DNA of 64,000 nt from the NCBI GenBank assembly GCA_000708835.1, contig DF236997.1, forward strand, positions 62,001 to 126,000. The letters are read 5' to 3'. Both the position numbers and the translations under genes were made by a program. The notes below the pieces were generated by a model. The model was not told the origin of the DNA. It saw only the letters and a program-made list of their open reading frames with translations, and did no database searches. Source of the stretch: Klebsormidium nitens (lineage: Eukaryota; Plantae; Klebsormidiophyceae). The stretch's first letter is position 1, and each line of letters starts with the position of its first letter. Positions 28,201-39,900 of the stretch are shown in pieces.

Positions 28201-31200
28201 TGCAGGTACCACTCTCTTTGGGACAGCCGGTGTTTCAACTACACCAACTGGGAGGTAAGGCTGGGCTCGCGGCTAACACCCCACTGTGCTGTCATCCCGC
28301 AGAGCACTTTCATGCGACGTTTTCTGGTTTGAGTGTCGCTGGTTTCTGCGTCAGTTCTACCGCTGAATTTGCTTCAGTCCTATGAATGTGTGTTAATTTC
28401 CTGATCCGTGTCTTGGACAAAGGTCTGACGCCAAGCCGCTGCAGTTCTGCTGAACGATCCGCGAGGCCCCCCTCTTCTTTTTACCTGGTCCGGTTTGTCT
28501 TCAAGACTGCACACTGCTGAGTTCCTGTGGAGCGATCCCCTCCGTTGCCCGGCTGCAGGTGCAGCGCTTCCTGCTGTCCAACCTGCGGTGGTGGCTGGAA
28601 GAGTACCACTTCGACGGCTTCCGCTTCGATGGCGTCACCTCCATGCTCTACCTGCACCACGGCATCAACGTCAGCAGCCGCCCACGCCCGCTCTTTAATT
28701 TTCTTACTCTCTGTTACCCTGCGGACCCCTTCAAGCCAGAGAGCAAGGTCTTACGCTTCGCTTTTTCGGCGGGAAATTGTTGCTACCTTGCTCCGTCCTT
28801 TTTCTTATTGTTGATTCTCTGAACTTTGCATCGAGCGTACGCAATTGTACATACCCGTGTCTGCGCTGCTTTAACCGTGATGACGTCCTGTCTGAGAGTC
28901 AGAGTCCCCATACTCAGCCGCGCGCGCTGTGTTGTTGTTGTGCTCAGATGTCGTTCAGCGGGCGGTACGGCGAGTACTTCGGCCTGGACACGGACGTGGA
29001 CGCGGTGGTGTACATGATGCTCGCCAACGAGCTCGTGCACGCGCTCGACCCGCAGGCCACCACCATCGCAGAGGTGCGCGCGCGCGCTCTTTCGGCTCGC
29101 ACCTCTTCCGTAACACGCCGGGCCAAATCTCATCTGTTTAAGGCGCCTTAGCGGAGTCTCTTTGGCAGACGGAAAGCTCACGATATGGATTGAAGTACGC
29201 CAAAAAGAGGAAGTCCTTATAGAGGTGTCCGCTCCCCTTCCAGCGCTTCTTGCAAATAGTTGGACAGGGTTTTGTGCTCATGAAAGTAGGGGCAGCCTGC
29301 TTATTGGGCGGCTGTGTGCTGTGGCAGGATGTTTCGGGCATGCCTGCACTGTGCCGGCCGACGGCGGAAGGCGGCGTCGGCTTCGACTACCGCCTGGGCA
29401 TGGGCCTCCCCGACAAGTGGATCGAGATACTCAAGGTGAACCGCCCGCTGCTATACTACGTCTCTACGAATAGAGATCACTGTTTACAGTTCCATCATCC
29501 GAATGACACAGAATGTAGACAAGTTCAACCGCAGATTTACCCTGTTTGCGAGTGGTTTGCTTCGTTAACGGGCCCGAAACAACGAGATTTTGAGCGCCGT
29601 GACTGTGTGCCTCCAGCATCGGAAGGACGACGAGTGGAGCATGGGCGAGCTGGTGCATGCCCTGACGGACCGCCGCTACACCGAGAAGACCATCGCGTAT
29701 GCCGAGTCGCACGACCAGGTACGGGCAGTGCGTGCTGGCGCCGTAGACGCCTGCGTGGCTTATTTGCAAGCTGGACTGCTCACTGGAGAACGCTTTCAAT
29801 GATGCTTCTTCAAGTCCCAAGATATCGATGTCGGCTTCGTGATAGCGCAAGCTGTTGATTTATGTAGGCAACACCGACAAATAGTTGCCAAGCTTGATAG
29901 AGGCTAGCGGTCTCATCCTTCCTGGAACGTGCAAGATTAACTGGTACTAGTTCCAAGGTCCTCGCACCAGTCAAAACGGGTACTCTCGTCACTCTTTTAA
30001 TAAGCCGCTGTTCTTGCAGTGCATGGTGGGCGACAAAACGATTGCTTTCTGGCTGATGGACTCGGCCATGTACGACGGCATGTCCGCGCTCTCCGCGCCA
30101 CCCCCGGCCGTGGAACGGGGCATTGCGCTGCACAAGGTGGGTCGCCTGGACACTGTTCGCCTAGCTGCGACTAGTTCCCCTTCTGGCCGCCACTGCTGAC
30201 CGTGATAGCATCTCGGCGATCAGGTTTAACGTGGTAAAGATACGCGAGTTCCTGAAAAGGAGGTGAGGGAATGCATCCGATGGCTGCCTGAGCCCAGGGA
30301 TCCGAGCGCACCGCTGATGCCTGCTGTCGTGTTATTGTGCAGATGATCCACTTCCTGACGATGGCGCTGGGCGGCGAGGGCTACCTCAATTTTATTGGCA
30401 ACGAGGTAACGACGCCGCTTCTGCAGCTCATTCTGAAAAGAAAACGCAGCCTGATAGCATGGCTGCCGCAATCATGTGAACGATAGTCGGCGCTGGGCCA
30501 CACTCAATCCAAAGCTCTGTTCAAGTCCGTGCCTCAAATTCCATATGGCCTCCTTCATCCGGCGCCTCTCCGCATGACGTGCTCCCTTTGCTGCTCGTCT
30601 GCAGTTCGGGCATCCGGAGTGGGTGGACTTCCCGCGGCAGGGCAACAACTGGAGCCACGACAAGTGCCGCCGCCGCTGGGACCTGGCCGACGCAGATCAC
30701 CTCCGATACAAGGTCAGCTCGACAATCTTGCCCTGAAGCACACGCTTCTCCCGGATGGCTATCGTCCTTCTTTGTGATCGTTTTGGGCTCTACTGCAGCT
30801 TCTTTGCATCACACCCGTTTGAGGTTGTTGTTTTAGTTCCGTTTTCTGGTGGGCTCGTTGGAAAGCTCGATTAGACGCAAACACTGTTTAGGAACCTCTC
30901 TAAATACTTTTCCACCGGAGTGCTCGTGACTGTTTCTGTTTCTCAATGAGCCCTTCCCCACTTGCAGTTCATGCAAGCCTTTGACGCCGCCATGCAAGCC
31001 CTGGATGAGCAGTACCACTTTCTGGCTTCGCCGCACCAGCTGGTCTCCTGCGCCAGCGAGGAGGAAAAGGTCAGCGCGCGGGCAATCGCCCTTCATTCCC
31101 TGCCCTACACCGACTGTTTTGCAAGACGTTACTCCTCAAATTTAAACAGGTGTCTCGATCTTCAAGTTGATTCCGTTTGCTGTGTGCCAAGTGATGACGG

Positions 31201-32029
31201 CCCTCGACTCGTACTGAAATCGCGACCCTTTGCTGCGTGCAGACGATCGTGTTTGAGCGCGGCGAGCTGGTGTTCGTGTTCAACTTCCACGCGAGCAACA
31301 GCTACGACGGCTACAAGGTCGGCTGCGACGTCCCCGGCAAGTACCGCGTCGTCCTCGACACCGACGACCCAGCCTTCGGGGGGCACGGCAGGGTCAGCGG
31401 CCGCCCCTCGCTCTAGTTGCCAAATTATCTGCTATTGAATAATGACCCTATCTGCCGACTTGGCAGTATTCTTGTCTTCAAGGTTCCGGCCCTCATGCTG
31501 CGCATGCCCAGTGCCTTAGCCTCGACATAGCTACGCGTAACCCATCTGGGCGACCGTCCCCGTTCTGATTTAGAACATTGTTTTGGCTGGCGGCGTGCGC
31601 AGGTGGACCCGTTGGTGGACCACTTCACATCTCCCGAAGGCGAGCCCGGCAAGCCGGAGACCAACTTCAACAACCGGCCCAACTCGTTCCTCACCGGCGC
31701 GCCTCCACGAACAGCCCAGGTGCGCAGCGGACCAAGCCTTGGTGCACACACCTCACCATCTCTCTTCTTGCGTACAGAATTTTTATGTCAGGGAGCTGAC
31801 TCTCCGCTTGCTCTTCCTTGGAATGGGCGCATTGGAACATACAAGATACAGCAGAAGGTGCCTGATGCTCAGTTCCTGGTGTGAAGTAAAATCTTCCGCA
31901 AGCGACACTCACCAGCCGCTCCTTCTCTCTGTCTGAGGCACCGTGTTGCAGCTCTCAAGTCGGCAGGCCGCAACTCTCGTAACGCCTTGTGCTGTGCCAC
32001 AGGTATATGCGCGTGTTCCCGAGCCGTAA
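25277..32029 (+). CDS. SBE1: 1,4-alpha-glucan (starch) branching enzyme, SBEI class (GH13_8), plastid transit peptide
   Basis: [11 protein letters not shown]…[41 protein letters not shown], intact catalytic FRFDGVTSM / AEDVSGM / YAESHDQ, and C-terminal [12 protein letters not shown] typical of SBEI; last exon VYARVPEP*. Confidence 0.95.
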
Positions 32030-33265
32030 CTTCCTCCTGAGGCTCTGAAGCAATGAGGGCCAGCCGCACGCGGCTTCAAAGTAGAGGTCGAGGAGTCAAG
32101 GACAGAACCGTTCTTACGTTGGAACAACAGCAAGCTCGAGCTGGAGCCGAGTGATCACTTTGTAGGACTACAGGCTCTACGAGCTGTCAAGATTGTTTTC
32201 GGTAGATGTCAAAGAGACAAGTAGCGTTTGCCTTTGTCCCCAGCCGCGTGCGTTAAGGTTCCAATTCGACGACATCAAGTCTGCAGGAAATGGGCAGGCT
32301 TACTTATAATCCGAGATGACTGTCCTGGGTTTCACGAGGACCAACCCAACTTCTGAGTTGTTTGCAGGCCATCACAAGACATTGCCAATCAATGCTGGAG
32401 ACGTGCTGCTCATGGCAGCTGCCTGGGCTACTTCACTTGGATCGTCCAAGTTATACACATCATATAGCGGTTATCTGCCCCTGACAATATATCATGGTTA
32501 CCTCATGCTGCGAGCCGACTGGAAGGGACTGGAGTGGCTCTCTACTCCATTTGGTGAACTGATTCGAGAGAACATGTCAGGGCGCCCCCTGGCTGCTGCA
32601 CCCTTTCAAATTTTCTTATTCTTCCGGAGCAGGGTCACTCAATGTTGTGTGGACCTTGCATGGTCTGGCTGCCAGGGCCGCGACCGCCCAACATCGGGTT
32701 CGGACTGAACCTTAGTCCGCCAATTCGAACGTTGACATGGGTTATGCTTAGCTAGCCTGGCGCGTGGCCGCGCCCAGCCTGTAGCATTCACCGCATCCTG
32801 GCATGATGGGTTTCTTTTATTACAGTACGGTAGCTATATGCAGTCGCGATAGAGCTCACATGATGCAGCGGCGCTGCCCAATCTCATGCAGCCTTGGCGG
32901 TGGCCACATGTTGATCGTGTAGCTGCACCGCCAACTAGACGGTCGAGACTCATGGCAATATTAAGTTCAGAGTCTGGTAAACAAATGGATCATCCAGTGC
33001 AGTGTAGGCATGCAGAATATCGCGAAATTCTAAGCATGCGGTAGTATCTGCTTCGCATGTGGCCATCGGTTGCGTGTGGGACGCGCAACCGCACATCTTG
33101 CCTGCGTGTGGGTTTCAGGCTGCATTTCTAACCTAACAAATGATCGCAGCATCATCGCGCAATCAGGCTCACATGCTGCATGCACGCTGCATATGCGAAA
33201 TTACATGAAATTGCATCCTAACAGATTTTACACCGTGCCGGTGTTGATTGAAGAACACAAATGCA

Positions 33266-36200
33266 TTACAATCGACCAATCAAGAATTTAAGAGCCTTCC
33301 AAGTAGCCTCCATGTGAGGCGGCAGAGGGGCCTCGACCCGCGTCCGTTCCTCTGTCCTACTCGTGTGGCCTGTTCTACCTTTGCTTTCCTCGCGTGTGCC
33401 CAGCCAGTGCAGCTTGGGCAGCTCGACCCATCGGCAGTGCAGATGCAAGCGCGGCGAGGCCGAGCCGGCATCGCCCACTGCTTCGCCGGATGTCTTAGCC
33501 GACCGTCCCCTGCCCTTCTTGTCGGCATCTAACACCCCTACGGTGCCGTCCTTTTCCCGCCCTTTTCGAACCTGCCCTACGAAGCCGTACTTATAGTCCC
33601 CAACAATCGGACACGAGAGAACAGAGCTGGCGTGCACCCGTAGCTGGTGCTTGCGTCCGGTAAGGGGCTGCAGCTCGAGCCAGGCGAACCCCTGGGGAGA
33701 GGTGGCCACGGTGCGGTACCGCGTCAGGGCGGGCAGCGCAGCCTCGTCCTGCCTGTCGGCTAGCACCATGCGTTCCCCTCTGGCTCCGGTTACGCACTGC
33801 CGCATGAGAGCAGGTTTCAGATCAGGTAGCTCTCAACCGCGAAACCGAACATTGATATCAAAGCATTGGGCCCATAGAAAGACAAGGAGGACGCAGCAGA
33901 AAATACAAGGCGTTGCACCACAACCACGAGCTTCTTGCAGACAGTAGACTGCAAAGCTTTGACTTCGACAAGTTGTTGAATATCACGAAAACGTTTGTTA
34001 GAACACCTTACTAGCTGCTTGCAACCTGCCAGAACATTAGCCTAATTTTAACGAAATATAGGCGGAGAGGAACGACGAGAGGAGCCTATGCTATAAGGCA
34101 ACCGTAAAGCGCAACCTACCTTCTTGACAGGGGCATCGATAACGCCCTCGGCTTGTGCAGGGATCCCTTCCACCAGGGCCCAGTATGCGCGCTGCAATCC
34201 CGTCCGTTCTGCAGCCTCCCCATCACCGACATCCCTGCTTATGGCACTTGCCGTTTTGTGACGGAACAGTCCTGTGACGGCCACCGCACTCTGCTCTGAG
34301 AGGGCCACGATGAGGCAGCCACTTGTGTCCTTGTCCAGCCGGTGCACCTGCGGAAGCGAAGCGCCGCCCGCCAGGAGTTTGTGTGAAAACGACCGCCTAT
34401 TCTGCTACCAAATCGACTATCCGCCGAAATTCTGTGCCAGCAAACAGAAGGTGAATGTGCGGTGCCCACTGAACAAAACATAGCACTGAAAGCAGGGGTC
34501 GAACACGGCCTCGTTCTACCATACGACCAAGGTCATACTTCGACAGTTAGAAACTGTAAAGAAGCAGTTGGATTGTGCTCTTTCGGCACAAGAAGTATCC
34601 GGAGACTGATCTGCGAGCCCATTCAGGTACCTGGTCCTTGCTTTGGTATCTTACGTACTCGGAAATGGGGTACTGGGGACCTTTCGAGGGACTCAAAACC
34701 AGGGTCGGAGTCGAGACGACGATGTCTTACTTGGGCTCGTACTGGGGAAACGCTTGTCATTTTGAGCATCTGGAACCCTGCCTTTGGCATATGGGTATTT
34801 GCATCTGGTTCACGCAAAGAGCCACCTGGTCAAGGTGCATTCAAATGATTGGGGGTGAGGTAGACGGTTGCTCACTAGCCGTGGCCGCTCTCCATCGCTT
34901 TTTGAGAATGCCTCTTGCAGTAGGTCATCCAGAGACTCTCGGATGTTGCGGCCGCCCTGCAGAGGGAAGATGACCTTGGTCATGTGACATGCCGGACAAG
35001 CGACTCCGAAGCAGAAAGAGTGTCCAATCTCTCTTCAATCTTGGAACCAGTCAAGATGTCAGCATCCAAAGAAGGTGAAGGTACCTTTCTCCCATCTAGG
35101 GCGTCTCACTTCTAGCCTCCAGAGACATTAAGTTTCTGTCCAGTTTACTCTGACAATAAACTAGCCAGCCATGACCCCCAGGGCCCTCACCTGGACCGCC
35201 TGCCCATGCGCTTTGTTGATGACCACCACATGCTCGTCCCGGAACAGCACCCTCTCCCGCAGCTCCTGAACCTCGGGCCGTACCACCGCAGGATCGCCCT
35301 TGGAAGCCGCTACTCTTGTAGTTCCCGACCGCCTGGCTGCCTGTTCAAGGGCCGGCTCTTCTCTTGGGACCTGCCCTGGTTTGGGGGCTGCTCTTGGCTC
35401 CATCGCTCGAGCATGGATCACGAGGACGCTGCCAGGGGGCAGGGCTTCGGCATCTGAGATGCGCCGCAGTGTAGCTGGAGAAACAAAAGGGATAGCCTAG
35501 TCATGCGGCTGAAGGAGGGCCCCAGACAGCATAGTAGCCCGAGTACTGGCACATTGCGTCCCTTGGGGTCTGGGGAAAGCAGGAGTCACATGTTGGTGGT
35601 GGTGCAGCTTGAGCTGAAAGCACTGGCCGGCAGCTGGAGAACGGTTTCGGCAATGTTTTCTCGCGCACCACCACTTTGGAGCAGCTGGTGCCACTTGTCA
35701 TTAGAGCCTGTAATGAGCTGTGTCATCTCCTCCATTGATCGCAGGGGGGGCTTTGTGCACCTCACCTGGTTGATCTGGGCTCTCTGCTGTCTCCACAAGG
35801 CGCACCTCCCGTTTGCGAAACAGCTTGTGAATGACGGCGTGGGGCAGCTGCGGCTGGCACTTGCGCAGCCACTGGAAGGCGCCAGTAGTGCTGGAGGCGC
35901 TGTCTGCATTCGGGCCTGCCTCCCACTCGTCCAGCTTCTGGGGCACAGGGGGCATCCACACCCATTCTCGCGGGTCTCGCAGGAAGCGTCCCGCAGGGGG
36001 GGACTCAAAGCTGATTCCAGATTCAGATTCTGCCTGCGCGTCCAGGTCTTTTGTGTGCTTTGGGCGGACTGATGGGGTCCGATTAAATGCACAATTTCCA
36101 CTATCCCCCGCACCACCACCATCACCACCTTTTGCAGCACCAGTCAAGATCTCGGGCAAATGCGACTTGCTCAGGGGAGAGTAATGCTGGCGGAGAATGT

Positions 36201-36297
36201 GGGCGCCGATTGCCGCTCGGTGTCGCTGAGCGTCACAGGCATGTGATGAGACTGATATCGCGCACTCTTGAAGCAGCCTCGCAAACCTTGCAGCCAT
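33266..36297 (-). CDS. RluA/RluC-family RNA pseudouridine synthase, probably mitochondrial (similar to plant 'RNA pseudouridine synthase 4')
   Basis: Arg/Ala/Ser-rich N-terminus, S4-like AFQWLRKCQPQLPHAVIHKLFRKREVR, VINKAHGQAVQGG, catalytic VHRLDKDTSG, RAYWALVEG, LELQPLTGRKHQLRVH, PIVGDYKYG, LHLHC. Confidence 0.93.
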
Positions 36298-36645
36298 TCC
36301 CTCACATTGCTTGGATTGTGCAACAACCTCAGATGCCTCACCGGTCCTTGTCTATTCCGCGCTCCCAAGCAGCTCTCTATTGTAGAACTTGGACGAAGCC
36401 GGTTTCGAAAAGCGCATGCACCCCGCCTAGCTGGCCTGCCCTGAGGACACTGCAGCCGTCTCCTTGACGCGCGCCGGTACCAGTACGTAGCTAGGCCGGT
36501 CGCGCGGTCCGCCCCGGGGGCAGGCTAGACGCGGCCGGGCCCGCGGCGCTGAGTCCGAACAGGCTTCAAAACTTAGGCGCTGTATCCGGACCTGTCACCA
36601 ACCAAACGATGAGCATCATCGACGGCTTAGGCTTCAAGCAAAAAT

Positions 36646-36653
36646 CCACGTGG
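36646..36653. promoter_or_regulatory. Perfect G-box CCACGTGG in the synthase/ligase bidirectional promoter
   Basis: Sequence match only; the same 8-mer also occurs in exons (37934, 52577, 55735), so it may be chance. Confidence 0.3.
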
Positions 36654-36726
36654 GAGTTCATAAAACCTAGGGGTTGCGTTCCCCCAGGGTTTGGGTCACG
36701 TTCGACGGCTGCCACCTTTGCGCCGT

Positions 36727-36742
36727 GCCGGGGGCCCCCGGC
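36727..36742. repeat. Perfect 16-bp palindrome GCCGGGGGCCCCCGGC
   Basis: Self-complementary sequence read directly. Confidence 0.9.
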
Positions 36743-36907
36743 CTACATTAGTATTCGAGTGCGGGGGAAGTTAGGTATCTTATCCCGAGACCTATCTTGC
36801 TTCCAAGCGGTGTGTCGTCCCCGTTTCGTCACAAAACCAACGTGAATGCCAAGAGCTGAAGGCAGCAACGTAGTGACGTATCTCTGCAAAGGTGTTCTTG
36901 CGCGCGT

Positions 36908-39900
36908 ATGTTTTCTGTGTTGCTGAGGAACTTGAAGATGGCTTGTGTCACCACATCTTCAATACAGCAATCATGCCGGCTGCATTTCACGCCGGCCGGA
37001 CCTCAACGTTGCAATCAGAAGCCGCTCAGCTTGGTGCAATCCAACTTATCTGTTGAAGGCTTCCGCAGGCTGGCTCTTGACTGGCGAGTGTTGAGAACGA
37101 CGGCCAGTAAAGTGGGCAGCCCCAACAGGAAGGAAGACGCTTTGCCTACCAGGGTTCGTTTTGGGGGAAAAACACAAGCGGCTTGTTGCCTCAGAAGTCC
37201 ATTGGCAACCAGGCAAGTGGACGTCTAGCAAGGCCGCATGATTTCCCCCTTCATACCTGTCTTCTTTGCTAGCTGAAGATGCAGGTTTTGTGAGAAGCAA
37301 CTCTAGGATGGGGGCCAACCGGTAACATGGAGGGAATTGGTAAAATCACTCGTCGAACCCCCCAGACTTCTGGGCGAGCACTGCGCCAGCCATGGCAAGT
37401 TTGAATAGGCCCTTTCCTTGCCCTCAGAATTGTGGGACGTTTTGTTCAGTACTCAGGGCCTGTCTAGAATAAAAGCCGTGAGTTGTCGTGCAATTGTCTA
37501 GTTACCGCCGCTTTGAATATTTGTAGCTCGTGACTAAAAAGGACTCGCCCCCTCAACTCGGCCGATTCAGCACGAGTTTTCAAATGCTGACCGTTGATGA
37601 CTTGAAGATTACTGAACAAGCTTCGGCTCCCCCTGCAGCTCAATGGCGGCCGACCTCCACACGCCTCATCTTCCACACGGTGACTCTCTCCGGGCGCCCG
37701 TACATGCGTCTCGTCCGCAATGCACCTCTAGCGCGGCCCCCGCCCCGGCCCCTGTGGACGAGACCGGGCGGCCCCTGATCAAGCTGGAGCAGCTGGTGCG
37801 GGGCCGGTCCTTTGCTGACGTCAGCCGCCTGCTGGAGAGTCCGCCATACGGGTTACGCGTGCGGGAGAGCGTGGCGCTGCCAGAACTGTACAGCGTGTCG
37901 TACGACATGCTCGCCATTATCCGCAAAGAGTCCACGTGGCAGCTGCCCGAGGTGCGGCAGGCGCGGGGGATCATTCTGGAGAAGGAAACCAACAGGTAGG
38001 GCCAACTCTGTCTCACCAAAACCCCTTTCGCTTGCTGCTGGCTAGGCGTTAGAACCGCGGGCCGCTCGAATCAATTATAGGTAAAGCTGAGGAGGTAAGT
38101 GGCACCTCCTTTGAGCACAGAGTCTGGAGAAAGTTGGGTTCACGGCGAAATTCAGTGCACAGACCAAGCACCAGGTTGCTTGTTTGAGCGAAAGGGAATA
38201 TCGAAGACAATGGAGCAGTAGTGCCGCGCATTTATCTTCTTGCTTTCAGCAAAGAGGAGTAGAGTTTTCGGCATACGCCATACTATTGTCTCATAACGAT
38301 GGTTTCCGAGGACGCCTCCGACATCTGTCTGAGGCAGTTCCCTAAGGTCTTCTTTGCAAACCAAACGCCTCATTCCCATGGCGGCTCGGTCTGCGGCAGG
38401 GTGGTGTGCCGGCCGTTTGACAAGTTCTTCAACGCGGGGGAGCCGGACCAGAAGCGAGATCCTCTCGATTGGGCCACGGCGCGCGTCTACGAAAAGCTCG
38501 ACGGCTCTCTCATGAAAGCCTACTTCTACAAGGTGGGGGGAAGCACGTTATTGCTCATGAGACCACACCTCTGGATCAGAACCAGATTATAGACTGGCGT
38601 TCTGCGTGCTTTACAAACATCTTAAATAACGGTGCTCCGAAATCATCCAAAACCTTCATCGACTGTGTCCGCGTACGGTTTCAGAGGGTTGTCCACGGCT
38701 CCCAACGGCGTCTGACAGCGACAGCTTGGCTTGGCAGGGCGCGTGGCGGGTCGCCACCAACCGGACCGTGGACGCCTCGGACGCGAAGATCCACATGGCA
38801 TCTAGCGACCGGACGTTCCGGGACGTGTTTGACGAAACGTGGCCGCAGTTCCCGGCGGGGCTGCACCCCGACTATACTTACATGTTCGAGCTGTAAGGGG
38901 ATTGACCTACCATCTGAAGAAGGCGGCAGTATGCCTTTGAGGAGAAGATGTAGTTGCTGGAACTTTCGTTGAGCTTCGTAGAGTCACGATCCACGTATGT
39001 GATCCGTCCCCGGAATATCCTTTGATGTCACACATTCAAATCAGAGAAGGTAGGGATCCATGGATTGCTTCTTTACTAGCAGGCGTCAGGGGAGCACGTT
39101 CAGTCTCGAAAGAAGTTTGAAACAATTACCATGTGCTTCTCTGTGGAGCTACAGTTTCGGGTTAACGTCTGGGCCTGCTCGTTGCCATAATATCAGTATA
39201 TTTATGCGGGTGCTGACCGGGTTTATATCGCCAGCTTTTCAACCGTTTGACACAACGCTCAACATGAGCATGGGTAGAATCGAAAAGGCTCACCTCTTGA
39301 CTACGAAACGACTTATGATCTGGCGTCCTTTCCTGAACGCTCCTCTTGTTGTTCTTTTTTCGCTGCAGCTGCCATCCTGAGACGCGGGTGGTGGTGCCGC
39401 ACGCGCAGGGCCGGCTGGTGTACCTGGGCGCGCGACACATGCCGACCCACCGGGAGGTCTTCCCCGAGGACCTGCCCGTCCCCGGGCTTGACCTGCCCCA
39501 GCGCTTCGACATCGCGTCCGAGGAGGACTGCCTCGCCTTGGCCGCCAAGCTGCCCTTCTCGGAGGTGCGCGAGTGGCTCAGAGACTGAGCTGCATCTGAA
39601 AGTATACCCTCCCTCTTGAGGAAAGCATAGCAGATGGTTTCTTGAGAAGGTACTCTATGCGAAGCAGAACCTCCGCAGAACCTCAGGTCCGGGCTATAGT
39701 TTATGCAAAGTGCGTGTGCCCAGTACGAAGAAGCCAAATTTTCGCGCGCGATCGCTCTCCACAGAGTTGCTCGACAGCTTGCGCGAATCGCAGGAGGGCT
39801 TCGTGGCGGTAGACTCCATGTTCCGGCGCGCCAAGATCAAGAGCCCCGCCTACCTGTGGCTGGCGCATGCCGGCTCCAACCCGAGCAAGGACCTGCGTAC

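Noticed and set aside
32316-32708. 130-aa ATG-started ORF after SBE1
   Set aside because: No recognisable domain or splice support; lies in the 3' UTR/intergenic gap. Cannot be excluded without RNA-seq
36695-36725. GTTCGA B-box-like word suggesting a tRNA
   Set aside because: No cloverleaf or A-box spacing could be formed
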